DNA of 24,000 bases, taken from assembly GCA_030651575.1 (NCBI GenBank), contig JAUSFB010000032.1, positions 1-24,000 on the forward strand, read 5' to 3'. Below are positions 9,382 through 18,809 of the stretch, piece after piece (positions within the stretch are counted from its first letter, which is position 1; every line of letters starts with the position of its first letter). The position numbers and the translations under genes were made by a program. Below the pieces are notes generated by a model, which did no database searches, was not told the origin of the DNA, and saw only the letters and a list, made by a program, of their open reading frames with translations. The stretch is from Phaeospirillum sp. GTDB taxonomy: Bacteria; Pseudomonadota; Alphaproteobacteria; Rhodospirillales; Magnetospirillaceae.

Positions 9382-10419
9382 ATGGCAAGCCGCCATACAC
9401 CCCTCGGCAAGGTTGTTTTTGATCCGGCTTTAAAAATCACATTGAATAACTCGATTAAAGAAATCAGGCTTGTCGATGTCGCCGCCGCAGTAATACTGCG
9501 CTCGGACGGTTCCTTCCTGCTGGCGCAACGCCCCGCTGGAAAAGTATATGAAGGCTATTGGGAATTCCCCGGCGGCAAAATTGAGGCGGGCGAAACGCCG
9601 TTGCACGCGCTACGCCGCGAACTGCACGAGGAATTGGGTATCACTGCCACTACCGCTTTCCCTTGGCTGACGCGAGTATTCACTTACCCACACGCCACTG
9701 TCAGGCTGCATTTCTTTCGCGTGACTGAATGGCAGGGGGAGTTGCATGGCCATGAAGGCCAGCAGTTTGCCTGGCAGCCCCCTACCCTGCCACGCCCATT
9801 GGGTGTGATGGGGAAAATTTCTGTTTCTCCCGTGTTACCCGCCAATGCGCCAATTCTGCGCGCGCTGGAATTGCCATACTTGTATGCCATCAGCAATGCT
9901 GCCGAACTGGGTGTGGAGGAATTCATGCGGCGACTGGAAAGCGCATTGCAGAATGGCTTGCGCCTGCTGCAATTACGCGAAAATAATTTGCCGCGTAGCG
10001 AAATGCGCGCATTGTCATTGCGCGCGGTGAAACTGGCACATGCGCACGGCGCACAGGCATTGATTAACGGAGATATCGGGTTGGCACGGGAAACCGGCGC
10101 AGATGGCCTGCATCTGAGCAGCGTGCAGCTTGCTGCATGCGACACGCGCCCCGATGTTCCATGGTGCGGAGCTTCATGCCACAACGCGGAAGAATTACAA
10201 CGTGCCGGAATGTTGGGGCTGGATTTTGCGGTGCTCAGCCCTGTGCTGCCGACGCGAAGCCACCCGGGTGCAGCGCATCTCGGCTGGGAAAAATTTGCAG
10301 AAATGGTGGCCGGAACGGCAATCCCGGTTTATGCGCTGGGCGGGTTGGCGGCAACGGATTTGCCCGTCGCGCAAAGGCATGGCGCACATGGCATCGCTCT
10401 ATTGCGTCAGGCTTGGTGA
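9382..10419 (+). CDS. mutT: Nudix hydrolase (MutT-like 8-oxo-dGTP diphosphatase) fused to a thiamine-phosphate-synthase-like (TMP-TenI) domain
   Basis: The N-terminal half has a Nudix box (GGKIEAGETPLHALRRELHEELGI). The C-terminal half is a ThiE/TenI-like TIM barrel (LLQLRENNL.., INGDIGLARETGADGLHLS, PVYALGGL). This fusion is widespread in Betaproteobacteria. The true start may lie downstream of 9382. Confidence 0.8.
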   Translation: MASRHTPLGKVVFDPALKITLNNSIKEIRLVDVAAAVILRSDGSFLLAQRPAGKVYEGYWEFPGGKIEAGETPLHALRRELHEELGITATTAFPWLTRVFTYPHATVRLHFFRVTEWQGELHGHEGQQFAWQPPTLPRPLGVMGKISVSPVLPANAPILRALELPYLYAISNAAELGVEEFMRRLESALQNGLRLLQLRENNLPRSEMRALSLRAVKLAHAHGAQALINGDIGLARETGADGLHLSSVQLAACDTRPDVPWCGASCHNAEELQRAGMLGLDFAVLSPVLPTRSHPGAAHLGWEKFAEMVAGTAIPVYALGGLAATDLPVAQRHGAHGIALLRQAW

Positions 10420-10487
10420 TTTTCATGTCAGCGCTACTGCGTTGGCTTCCTCGCGCCCCCTTTAAGCTGGGTCGTGGCAGATTTGCC

Positions 10488-10694
10488 TCAGCCTCGAAAT
10501 AAAGCCGGAATAGGTGCCTCTTCGGAGAATTCTTGTTCGGGCTGTTCAACGCGATAGTCTTCATTTGCCCACTTACCCAGATCGATCAGCTTGCAGCGTT
10601 CGCTGCAAAATGGGCGGTAGCGGTTTCTGGTATCCCATTGGTGTTCAGTACCGCAATGCGGGCATGCAACAATCGGCAGCGTCTTGCCTGGCAT
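10488..10694 (-). CDS. yacG: DNA gyrase inhibitor YacG (zinc finger)
   Basis: 68 aa from the ATG at 10694, which overlaps the zapD stop by 1 nt (TAATG). The signature CPHCG...W....YRPFCSERCKLIDLGKWANEDY is present. The track's longer start at 10712 would overlap zapD by 19 nt. Confidence 0.85.
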   Translation of the reverse strand: MPGKTLPIVACPHCGTEHQWDTRNRYRPFCSERCKLIDLGKWANEDYRVEQPEQEFSEEAPIPALFRG

Positions 10695-11455
10695 TATGAG
10701 AGAAGGCTGCAAAAGGTCAGATCAAACGGCACATCCTGTTCGAACAGCGTGGATTTTGCAGCATAGTTGGCGGCGATGAAACGGATATTGATGGCGTACT
10801 TATTGGCGCCAACCTCAGGTATGCAAACCAGATCGCTGCTCAGGCTGACGCGCAGCATCTGCGCGGTACGCCCACCTTGCATCTGCTGGAAAGATCCCTG
10901 ATGTGCGGTAAAGTGAAAAACCTTACCGCTTTCGCGCAACAGGCGCAGGACGATTTTCAGGCCTGCATATAAAGGCAAGAACGGGGCCAGCCACATCTGC
11001 AGGCTTTCACGCCGCAAGGCGGCATCCTGCACCTGCCAGTAGTGATAGGAAGGCAAGTCAAACTCACACGCGCCGCCCGGTATGCAAGTGCGTTGTTTGA
11101 TGCCCATCAGCCATTCGTTTTCACGCAGGTGCTGGCCGATCTTTCCTGTCATGGCGAGCATGTTCGCAGAAGTTTCATCAATCTCCGCGATGATATCCTC
11201 CAGCGCGGCTTCGGATATTTCCGGGTTATTATGCAATGCAAAAAGGGTACGCTTCTGGCGTTCCAGCTCCTGCAACAGATCTGATTTCAAGTCGGCGCGG
11301 CTGATTACTTCGAGAATTTCAAACAGGGTGAGAAGGGCGGCGTGATGATCCATCCCATGATTGCGCATAATGAAATGATCTGTGTGCGCGAACAAGCTTT
11401 CCAATCGCAACAAAGTGCGCACTTTTTCGTTGAGAGGAAACTCATAGTCGATCAC
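10694..11455 (-). CDS. zapD: Cell division protein ZapD
   Basis: 253 aa with a GTG start. The N-terminus YEFPLNEKVRTLLRLESLF matches ZapD (E. coli LFEHPLNEKMRTWLRIEFL). The coaE-zapD-yacG order is conserved. Confidence 0.85.
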   Translation of the reverse strand: MIDYEFPLNEKVRTLLRLESLFAHTDHFIMRNHGMDHHAALLTLFEILEVISRADLKSDLLQELERQKRTLFALHNNPEISEAALEDIIAEIDETSANMLAMTGKIGQHLRENEWLMGIKQRTCIPGGACEFDLPSYHYWQVQDAALRRESLQMWLAPFLPLYAGLKIVLRLLRESGKVFHFTAHQGSFQQMQGGRTAQMLRVSLSSDLVCIPEVGANKYAINIRFIAANYAAKSTLFEQDVPFDLTFCSLLS

Positions 11456-11667
11456 GATTGCATCAGTGGATAAATTTTATTGGCAAAAAATAGTATCGAT
11501 TTATTCGTTTTTATAATGCTCGCTATTAACATGATCGCCGGCTCCAAAATGCAACCCTTGATTTTTAATTTAAAAGTTTCAAGCGCTATTCTATATATTC
11601 TATCACCACCAACCAGATAGATTAAGGGCATAAAAAGACCTTAATTCGATGCACTCCCTAAATACAG

Positions 11668-12285
11668 TCAATAGCTACTTTGCACGTTTGAGTAGCGTTC
11701 ATGCAAGATAGACACCTGTTTGGTCAAACTATCCAGGCCGGCATCATTGCATATGATATCGTCAGCCAGTTGCAGCCTTTCGGCACGCGGAGTTTGCCGG
11801 GCGATGATGGCGCGTACTTCCGCTTCTGTCATGCGGCTGCGTTCGATAACACGCGCAACCTGGGTATTTTCGTCACAATCCACCACCAGCACGCGCTGCA
11901 CCAATTGCCGGAATGCCGCACTTTCCGGCAGCAGCGGCACGACAATAAGTATGTAGGGCTTGTCCTGCAATTGACGCAATTGCGCCTTGGCGCGTTCTCG
12001 TATCATGGGATGCAGAATCCGCTCCAGCCGCTGCCTGGCGGCGTCATCCGAAAAAATCAGCCCACGCATCTTTGTGCGGTTCAATGCGCCGTTATCCGTG
12101 ACGTAGTCGTTGCCAAAAGCAGCGCGGATCGCTTCGATGGCCTCACCGCCGGTTTGCGTCAGACGGTGGGCGATAGCGTCGGTATCGACAATGCCTGCGC
12201 CGTGTTCCACAAACAGTGCAGCAATGGTGCTTTTGCCGCTACCGATCCCGCCGGTGAGTCCGATAATCAGCCTGTCCTGAGCCAT
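11668..12285 (-). CDS. coaE: Dephospho-CoA kinase
   Basis: 205 aa from the ATG at 12285 (MAQDRLIIGLTGGIGSGKST, which contains the P-loop). The track ORF extending to 12528 overlaps pilD and is an overlong extension. Confidence 0.9.
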   Translation of the reverse strand: MAQDRLIIGLTGGIGSGKSTIAALFVEHGAGIVDTDAIAHRLTQTGGEAIEAIRAAFGNDYVTDNGALNRTKMRGLIFSDDAARQRLERILHPMIRERAKAQLRQLQDKPYILIVVPLLPESAAFRQLVQRVLVVDCDENTQVARVIERSRMTEAEVRAIIARQTPRAERLQLADDIICNDAGLDSLTKQVSILHERYSNVQSSY

Positions 12286-12320
12286 GCCTGTCCTGAGCCT
12301 AGTCGAAGGATCAAAGAGTT

Positions 12321-13190
12321 TTATGGAGCAGCGAGCAATTGCAGGTAACCCTGTGTCAGCATTTTCCCCCAAAACAAGGCAATCAGCCCGCCTCCGGCGA
12401 GATACGGGCCAAAAGGGATAGGAATGCTGCGTCCATGTCTGGCCGCCACAATCAGGGTAATGCCAACCACCGCACCCACCATCGAGGACAGCATAATGAT
12501 CAGCGGCAACATTTGCCAACCCATCCATGCGCCCAGCGCCGCGAGCAGTTTGAAATCGCCGTAACCCATGCCCTCTTTGCCGGTGGCTAATTTAAACAGC
12601 CAGAAAACCCCCCACAACGCCAGATAACCGAACATTGCCCCCAGCACCGCGCTATGCAGGCTCGCAAATACGCCGAATGAGTTGAACAGCAAACCGAGCC
12701 AAAGCAGCGGCAGGGTGATGTCATCCGGCAGCAATTGCGTGTCGAAATCGATTGCCGTAAGCGCCAGCAATGCCCAAATGAGCAGTAATGCGCCGGCTGC
12801 CGCAATGCCGAAACCGAAGTGCCATGCAGCATAGGCGCACAGGATGCCACTGGCCGCTTCGATAACCGGATAGCGCGGCGAAATAGGAGCGCCACAACCC
12901 TTGCACTTACCGCGCAACAGCAGGTAACTGATGATGGGTATGTTTTCCCATGCACTGATGGCGTGATTGCAATGGGGGCAGGCGGAACGCGGAATAACGA
13001 GATTATAGGTGGGAGCAGCAGCCGGTTCTTCGCCTCGCAGATCGGCACATTGCTGCCGCCAGCCGATTTCCATCATTTTTGGCATGCGATGGATCACCAC
13101 ATTGAGAAAACTGCCGACCATCAGCCCGAGGATCAGGCACAGGCCGATAAAGGCGGCTGGAACCGCCTGCAGGATTTCCAGGAAGCTCAT
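12321..13190 (-). CDS. pilD: Prepilin peptidase / N-methyltransferase (A24 family)
   Basis: 289-aa polytopic protein. It has the CPHC...CKGC zinc cluster and the catalytic Asp contexts (LTAIDFDTQLLPD; GMGYGDFKLLAALGAW). Confidence 0.92.
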   Translation of the reverse strand: MSFLEILQAVPAAFIGLCLILGLMVGSFLNVVIHRMPKMMEIGWRQQCADLRGEEPAAAPTYNLVIPRSACPHCNHAISAWENIPIISYLLLRGKCKGCGAPISPRYPVIEAASGILCAYAAWHFGFGIAAAGALLLIWALLALTAIDFDTQLLPDDITLPLLWLGLLFNSFGVFASLHSAVLGAMFGYLALWGVFWLFKLATGKEGMGYGDFKLLAALGAWMGWQMLPLIIMLSSMVGAVVGITLIVAARHGRSIPIPFGPYLAGGGLIALFWGKMLTQGYLQLLAAP

Positions 13191-13205
13191 TGGCTTGAGT
13201 GATGA

Positions 13206-13290
13206 GTGGGGCGTGGGGAGTGGGGAGTGGGAAAACCAAAGTCAACTTCCCAACCCATCACTACGCTTCTCACACTTCCCACTTCCCACT
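13206..13290. repeat. Inverted arrays of a GTGGGRA heptad in the pilC-pilD spacer
   Basis: Four tandem heptads on the + strand at 13206-13233 read gtggggc gtgggga gtgggga gtgggaa. About 2.5 units of the same heptad lie on the - strand at 13273-13290. Segments 13213-13229 and 13273-13289 are reverse complements at 15 of 17 positions. The + strand stretch 13208-13231 reads G4-N3-G4-N3-G4-N3-G3. Confidence 0.7.
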
Positions 13291-13301
13291 ATCTACCATC
13301 A

Positions 13302-14519
13302 TCAAACCACCTGGCCCATCTTGAAGATCGGCAGGTACATCGCGATCACCATGCCGCCGATAAGCACGCCAAGCACCGCCATGATGATCGGTTCCATCAG
13401 ACTGGATAACGCCTCTACGGCATCATCCACTTCCCCTTCGTAGAAATCGGCGACCTTGCTCAGCATGGAATCCAGCGAACCGGCCTCTTCGCCGATCGCA
13501 ACCATCTGCAACACCATGCTCGGGAATACCTCGGTATTTTGCATGGCAACGGTCAAGTTTTGGCCGGTGGTGACTTCCCGTTGAATATATTTGGTAGCAT
13601 CAAAATAAACGGCATTACCCGCCGCCCCTGCAACCGAGTCAAAGGCTTCCACCAAAGGCACGCCGGCAGCAAACATGGTGGCAAGGGTGCGCGCCCAGCG
13701 CGCGATGCTGGCCTTGCGGATCAGTTCGCCGAAAATGGGCAGCTTCAGCATTAACCGATCCATCGCATCCTGCATTTTCCTGCTGCGTTTCCAGAAATAG
13801 AAAAAGGTATAAAGGCCGCCGCCGATTCCGCCAAAAATCAGCCACCAGTAAGTCACGAAAACCTTTGAAATCGCCATGACGACCAAGGTGGGGGCCGGCA
13901 AATCAGCGCCAAAGCTGGAGAACAGCTCCTCGAATGCGGGGATAACAAAAATCATGATCACGGCGGTGATGACGAACGCCACGACAATGATCGAAATCGG
14001 GTAGAACAATGCCGATTTGATCTTGCTCTTGATAGCCTGGATTTTTTCCTTGTAAGTGGCCAGACGATCCAGCAGGCTGTCCAGAATACCCGCTGCTTCG
14101 CCGGCACCAATCAGGTTGCAAAACAGTTCGTCGAAGTACAGCGGATATTTTTTGAAGGCCTGCTGCAGGCTGCTGCCGGTTTCCACGTCGGTTTTGATGT
14201 CGAACAGCAGCCGTGCGACAGAAGGGTTGCTGTGCCCTTTACCAACAATATCGAACGCTTGTAGCAGTGGCACGCCGGATTTCATCATGGTCGCGAGTTG
14301 GCGGGTAAATAGAGTGATGTCTTTTTCGGTGACAGGCTGCGTGCTACGGCGGGCGCGTTTTACTTTAATATCGACGATGCCCTGGCGGCGCAAATGAGCG
14401 GACACGCCGGCTTCGCCTGGGCTGCGCATCTCGCCCTTAACCCGCTTGCCGGTCTTGTCCTTGCCTTCCCAAGCATAGATATTTTCTTTTACTTTTTGAG
14501 TTTTTGGTGCGACAGCCAT
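13302..14519 (-). CDS. pilC: Type IV pilus inner-membrane platform protein (GspF/PilC family)
   Basis: 405 aa with two T2SS-F repeats (TRQLATMMKSGVPLLQAF.. and ARTLATMFAAGVPLVEAF..). The C-terminal EPIIMAVLGVLIGGMVIAMYLPIF motif is present. Confidence 0.92.
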   Translation of the reverse strand: MAVAPKTQKVKENIYAWEGKDKTGKRVKGEMRSPGEAGVSAHLRRQGIVDIKVKRARRSTQPVTEKDITLFTRQLATMMKSGVPLLQAFDIVGKGHSNPSVARLLFDIKTDVETGSSLQQAFKKYPLYFDELFCNLIGAGEAAGILDSLLDRLATYKEKIQAIKSKIKSALFYPISIIVVAFVITAVIMIFVIPAFEELFSSFGADLPAPTLVVMAISKVFVTYWWLIFGGIGGGLYTFFYFWKRSRKMQDAMDRLMLKLPIFGELIRKASIARWARTLATMFAAGVPLVEAFDSVAGAAGNAVYFDATKYIQREVTTGQNLTVAMQNTEVFPSMVLQMVAIGEEAGSLDSMLSKVADFYEGEVDDAVEALSSLMEPIIMAVLGVLIGGMVIAMYLPIFKMGQVV

Positions 14520-14612
14520 AGCGTTTTCCCCAAATCACCGTCCAACGTTGACGGGCATGATGCCGAGCTTTAGGCCTCTTGTAAAGCGGTAGTAGCGATT
14601 CATCAATCACCT

Positions 14613-15890
14613 CTACGATTCATTCGCCTGCGGCGGAAAAATGCGTGCCACTTTCACGATACGATCCTGCGTCTGGATGATCTCTATCGGATAGCCCGCA
14701 ATTTTCAGACTGACACCGGCTTCCGGCATATCTTCCAGATGATCGAGGATCAGCCCATTGAGTGTTTTCGCGCCGTCCATCGGCAAACACAACCCTAATT
14801 TTCGGTTCAATTCGCGCAGGCTGCTGCTGCCTTCCAGCAGGATGCTGCCATCTTCCTGGCGCAAAAATTTGCCGGATTGCGAGGGTGACTGGGTAGTGAA
14901 TTCACCGACAATTTCTTCCAGTATGTTTTCCAGCGTCACCAGGCCGAGCAACTCGCCGTATTCGTCCACCACCAGTCCAAGCCGTGTGTGGCGCTCCTGA
15001 AACTGCTGCAATTGCTTGAGCAATGGGGTGTCGGAAGGGATGAAATAAGGTTCATGCAGAATTTCGCGCAGTTGCGCCAGATCCAGCGTTGATTCCTGCA
15101 GCAATGCCAGCACCCGTTTGACATGCAGGATACCGATAATATTGCTGGGCATGCCGTCATAAACCGGCAGCAGCGTGTGGTGGCAGGTAATGATTTGCTG
15201 GCGCAATTCGCTGGCATCCGCATCGATATCAAGCGCTTCGATCTGGTTGCGCGGAACCATCACATCGTTCACGGTGATACGCTCCAGGTCGACCAGGTTC
15301 AGCAGCATTTTCTGGTGTTTGCGCGGCATGAATTGCTCCGCATCCAGCACCAGTCCGCGCAGTTCCTCCAGCGTCATTTTTTGCTTGCTCTGGTCGGTTT
15401 GCACCTTGATGCCGAATATCCCCAACATGCCTTTGACGATAGCGGTCGCAATAGAAACGACCGGATGGAACAGGGTGATAAGCGGCGCAAGCAGATAGCT
15501 GGAAGGCAAGGCGATGCGTTCCGGATGGCTGGCAGCAATGATTTTCGGCATGATTTCGCTGAATACCAGCAGCACGAAGGTGATGCCGAGCGTTCCCAGC
15601 AGCAGCGTCAACTCGCCAGCACCGAACAGCCGCATGATGACCACATTGGTCACCGCTGCGGCCGCTACGTTCAATAAAGTGTTGCCGAACAGGATCGAGC
15701 CGAGCAGCTTGTCCACTTTCGCGAGCAACCTGGAGGTCAGCTTCGCGCTTTTGTTTCCCTTGCGGACCAGGCTGCTCAAGCGATAGCGGTTGATCGCCAT
15801 CATGGATGTTTCAGCGGCAGAAAACCACGCGCCAAAAATGATCAGCAACAACAACACGCCAAGCAGCGCGTCTAAGGAAATATCGTCCAA
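14613..15890 (-). CDS. CNNM/HlyC-CorC family transporter (DUF21 TM domain + CBS pair + CorC_HlyC domain)
   Basis: 425 aa with a TTG start. The DUF21 opening is WFSAAETSMMAINRYRL. The CBS pair region includes ITVNDVMVPRNQI and LGLVVDEYGELLGLVTLENILEEIVGE. The C-terminal transporter-associated domain is also present. Confidence 0.85.
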   Translation of the reverse strand: MDDISLDALLGVLLLLIIFGAWFSAAETSMMAINRYRLSSLVRKGNKSAKLTSRLLAKVDKLLGSILFGNTLLNVAAAAVTNVVIMRLFGAGELTLLLGTLGITFVLLVFSEIMPKIIAASHPERIALPSSYLLAPLITLFHPVVSIATAIVKGMLGIFGIKVQTDQSKQKMTLEELRGLVLDAEQFMPRKHQKMLLNLVDLERITVNDVMVPRNQIEALDIDADASELRQQIITCHHTLLPVYDGMPSNIIGILHVKRVLALLQESTLDLAQLREILHEPYFIPSDTPLLKQLQQFQERHTRLGLVVDEYGELLGLVTLENILEEIVGEFTTQSPSQSGKFLRQEDGSILLEGSSSLRELNRKLGLCLPMDGAKTLNGLILDHLEDMPEAGVSLKIAGYPIEIIQTQDRIVKVARIFPPQANES

Positions 15891-15946
15891 GGTAAGGTTT
15901 TAGTGATATTCGATGGTGAGAATAGTGTGCCAGAGGTATGAGGGTG

Positions 15947-16726
15947 TCAAGTGCGCCGGATGCTTGAAAACATCAGTAATATACCCGCGATCACCATTGG
16001 CAAACTTAACCATTGTCCCATACTCATGCCGAATGACAACAAGCCGAGAAAATCGTCCGGTTCGCGGCTGAACTCCCCGATAAAACGAAAGCTGCCATAG
16101 CCGATCAGGAACATCCCGGATACTGCGCCGACGGGGCGCGACTTGCGCGCATACAGCCAGAGCAAGACGAACAGCAACACGCCTTCCAGCGCGAATTCAT
16201 AAAGCTGCGACGGGTGGCGCGGCAGGTTATCCACATTGGGGAAAATCATCGCCCAGGACACATCGGTGGGTCGCCCCCACAATTCGCCGTTGATGAAATT
16301 GCCGATCCGCCCAAAGGCCAGGCCGGGCGGCACCAGCGGGGCGATGAAGTCGGTCACTTGCAGCCAGCGCAAATGCCGCTTGCGCGCGAGCCACGCCATC
16401 GCCACCAGCACGCCGAGAAAACCGCCGTGAAACGACATGCCGCCCTGCCACACCGCAAGAATTTCCAGCGGATGGCCGAGGTAATAGGAGGCCTTGTAAA
16501 ACAACACGTAGCCCAGCCGCCCGCCCAGAATTACGCCGAGCACACCATAAAACAGCAGATCGTCGAGCAGTTTTGTGTTGATCTGCGGATGATTCAGCGT
16601 GGCGATGCGCCTGCGCCCCAGCCACAGGAAGGCCATGAACCCGGCGAGGTACATCAGCCCGTACCAGTGAATGGCAAGCGGGCCGAGCTGTAATGCAACG
16701 GGGTTGAATTGTGGGTGAACGATCAT
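15947..16726 (-). CDS. lgt: Phosphatidylglycerol--prolipoprotein diacylglyceryl transferase
   Basis: 259 aa. Lgt blocks are [48 protein letters not shown] and RHPSQLYE. Confidence 0.93.
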   Translation of the reverse strand: MIVHPQFNPVALQLGPLAIHWYGLMYLAGFMAFLWLGRRRIATLNHPQINTKLLDDLLFYGVLGVILGGRLGYVLFYKASYYLGHPLEILAVWQGGMSFHGGFLGVLVAMAWLARKRHLRWLQVTDFIAPLVPPGLAFGRIGNFINGELWGRPTDVSWAMIFPNVDNLPRHPSQLYEFALEGVLLFVLLWLYARKSRPVGAVSGMFLIGYGSFRFIGEFSREPDDFLGLLSFGMSMGQWLSLPMVIAGILLMFSSIRRT

Positions 16727-16788
16727 GTATGAATCGGGTAAAATCGCAGCTTCGATTATACGTGCGCTTTATTCCGAAAACCGCAATC

Positions 16789-16904
16789 GTCCGCAGATTA
16801 CGCAGATTATCAATCAGATACACGGGAATTTTTGCGCTTGCGCAGTGGCACTGGCACATTCCCGGCATATTTTTAATCTGCGTTAATCTGTGTAATCTGC
16901 GGAC
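16789..16904. repeat. Iteron-like inverted array of a 9-bp unit (CGCAGATTA / TAATCTGCG) flanking a 53-bp core
   Basis: The left arm at 16789-16820 reads gtc cgcagatta cgcagatta t caatcagata. The right arm at 16874-16904 reads taatctgcg t taatctgtg taatctgcg gac. The outermost 12 bp are perfect reverse complements (16789-16800 against 16893-16904). The core holds cgggaat/attcccg (16823-16829 / 16858-16864) and a tandem TGGCAC TGGCAC (16846-16857). Confidence 0.75.
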
Positions 16905-16946
16905 AGAAACGTTTTTCCAAGGTTTAACTTTCTAAAGAGAGACATT

Positions 16947-18797
16947 ATGCCCGCTTACCGTTCCCGCACTTCCACCCACGGTCGCAACATGGCCGGTGCG
17001 CGCTCCCTGTGGCGTGCCACCGGTATGACTGACGGCGATTTCGGCAAGCCGATCATCGCCATCGCCAATTCCTTCACCCAGTTCGTGCCCGGCCATGTTC
17101 ATCTCAAGGATCTGGGCCAGATGGTGGCGCGTGAGATCGAGAAGGCCGGCGGCGTCGCCAAGGAATTCGACACCATCGCCATCGATGACGGCATCGCCAT
17201 GGGCCATGCCGGCATGTTGTATTCGCTGCCGTCGCGCGAACTGATCGCGGATTCGGTGGAATACATGGTCAATGCCCACTGCGCCGATGCGCTGGTCTGC
17301 ATCTCCAATTGCGACAAGATCACTCCCGGCATGTTGATGGCGTCGTTGCGCCTCGACATCCCGACCATCTTCATCTCCGGCGGCCCCATGGAGGCCGGAA
17401 AGGTCACCTACCAGGGCGAAACCCATGCGGTGGATCTGATCGACGCCATGATCAAGGGTGCCGACAAGGCGGTTTCCGACGAAGAGGCGCTGGCCTTCGA
17501 GCGGGAAAGCTGCCCCACCTGCGGCTCGTGCTCGGGGATGTTCACCGCCAATTCCATGAACTGCCTGATCGAGGCTCTCGGCCTTGGCCTGCCCGGCAAC
17601 GGCACCGTGGTCGCCACCCATGCCGACCGCAAGGAACTGTTCCTGGAAGCGGGCCGGCGGATCGTCGATCTGGCCAAGCGGGCCTATGAGGGCGACGACG
17701 CCTCGGTGTTGCCGCGCTCCATCGCCACCAAGGCGGCGTTCGAGAACGCCATGACCCTGGACATCGCCATGGGCGGTTCCACCAATACGGTGCTGCATCT
17801 TCTGGCGGCGGCCGAGGAGGCCGGGGTCGATTTCTCCATGACCGATATCGACCGTCTCAGCCGGCGGGTGCCGTGTCTGTGCAAGGTGGCTCCCAATATC
17901 CCCGACGTGCATATCGAGGACGTTCACCGCGCTGGCGGCATCGTCTCCATCCTGGGGCAGTTGGACCGTGCCGGCCTGATCAACCGCGATTGCGGCACCA
18001 TCCACTCCCGCACTCTGGCCGAGGCGCTGGACAGCTGGGATATCAGCCGCACCAATTCGCCCAAGGTTGACGAGTTCTATCGCGCCGCCCCCGGCGGCGT
18101 ACGCACCATCGAGGCGTTCAGCCAGGCCAAGCGTTGGGACGCGGTGGACGCCGACCGGACCACGGGTGTGATTCGCTCGGCCGAGCATGCCTTTTCCAAG
18201 GATGGCGGCCTCGCGGTTCTGTTCGGAAATCTGGCGCTGGACGGCTGCATCGTGAAGACCGCCGGCGTCGACGACAAGAATCTGACCTTCTCCGGCCCGG
18301 CGGTGATTTGCGAAAGCCAGGACGAGGCGGTGGCCAAGATTCTCGGCGGTACTGTCAAGGCCGGCGACGTGGTCATCGTCCGTTATGAAGGTCCCCGGGG
18401 CGGCCCCGGGATGCAGGAAATGCTTTATCCCACCAGCTACTTGAAGAGCATGGGCCTCGGCAAGGAATGCGCCCTGATCACCGATGGCCGGTTTTCCGGC
18501 GGCACTTCGGGTCTGTCCATCGGTCATGCTTCGCCGGAAGCGGCCGAGGGCGGGGCCATCGGGCTGGTCGAGGCCGGCGACATCATCGATATCGACATTC
18601 CCAACCGTTCGATTCAGGTGCGGGTCTCAGACGCCGAACTGGAAAATCGGCGCCAGGCCATGGAGGCCAAGGGCGCCAAGGCGTGGAAGCCGGTGGATCG
18701 CGACCGGCCGGTCTCGGCGGCGCTTCGGGCCTATGCCGCCATGACCACCAGCGCCGCCCGTGGCGCTGTCCGCGACGTGTCGCGGATCGAGCGTTAG
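16947..18797 (+). CDS. ilvD: Dihydroxy-acid dehydratase
   Basis: 616 aa. The N-terminus [50 protein letters not shown] is nearly identical in pattern to E. coli IlvD. The Fe-S ligand contexts CDKITPGM and [18 protein letters not shown] are present. Confidence 0.97.
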   Translation: MPAYRSRTSTHGRNMAGARSLWRATGMTDGDFGKPIIAIANSFTQFVPGHVHLKDLGQMVAREIEKAGGVAKEFDTIAIDDGIAMGHAGMLYSLPSRELIADSVEYMVNAHCADALVCISNCDKITPGMLMASLRLDIPTIFISGGPMEAGKVTYQGETHAVDLIDAMIKGADKAVSDEEALAFERESCPTCGSCSGMFTANSMNCLIEALGLGLPGNGTVVATHADRKELFLEAGRRIVDLAKRAYEGDDASVLPRSIATKAAFENAMTLDIAMGGSTNTVLHLLAAAEEAGVDFSMTDIDRLSRRVPCLCKVAPNIPDVHIEDVHRAGGIVSILGQLDRAGLINRDCGTIHSRTLAEALDSWDISRTNSPKVDEFYRAAPGGVRTIEAFSQAKRWDAVDADRTTGVIRSAEHAFSKDGGLAVLFGNLALDGCIVKTAGVDDKNLTFSGPAVICESQDEAVAKILGGTVKAGDVVIVRYEGPRGGPGMQEMLYPTSYLKSMGLGKECALITDGRFSGGTSGLSIGHASPEAAEGGAIGLVEAGDIIDIDIPNRSIQVRVSDAELENRRQAMEAKGAKAWKPVDRDRPVSAALRAYAAMTTSAARGAVRDVSRIER

Positions 18798-18809
18798 GAA
18801 CAGCCCGAC

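Noticed and set aside
9382-10419. MutT/ThiE-like fusion considered as a novel architecture
   Set aside because: To my knowledge this Nudix/TMP-TenI fusion is a common, already annotated betaproteobacterial protein. Only the exact start codon is uncertain.
11456-11667. 212-bp A/T-rich gap between coaE and zapD, including a 35-codon ORF from the ATG at ~11517
   Set aside because: It contains no convincing repeats, no ribosome-binding site for the small ORF and no RNA motif. It is most simply the zapD promoter region.
16846-16867. Sigma54 promoter call as a stand-alone feature
   Set aside because: The GG/GC spacing is right, but the -12 element is CGGCA rather than TTGCA. A sigma54-dependent ilvD would also be unusual. 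It is kept only as a caveat inside the repeat-array finding.
16789-16904. CRISPR array, or a Fur box (gattatcaatcagata), in the 9-bp repeat region
   Set aside because: The units are only 9-10 bp, directly abutting with no spacers and arranged as an inverted pair, so this is not CRISPR. The Fur-box resemblance is limited to one GATTAT hexamer and fails the 3 x NATWAT pattern.
16932-18527. 531-aa ORF on the - strand, together with similar long antisense ORFs at 18627..19715, 21220..21867 and 21982..22899
   Set aside because: Each lies antisense to a well-supported gene (ilvD, hemerythrin-REC or the histidine kinase). The compositions are Gly/Ala/Arg-rich and carry no motifs. These are shadow ORFs typical of GC3-saturated DNA.
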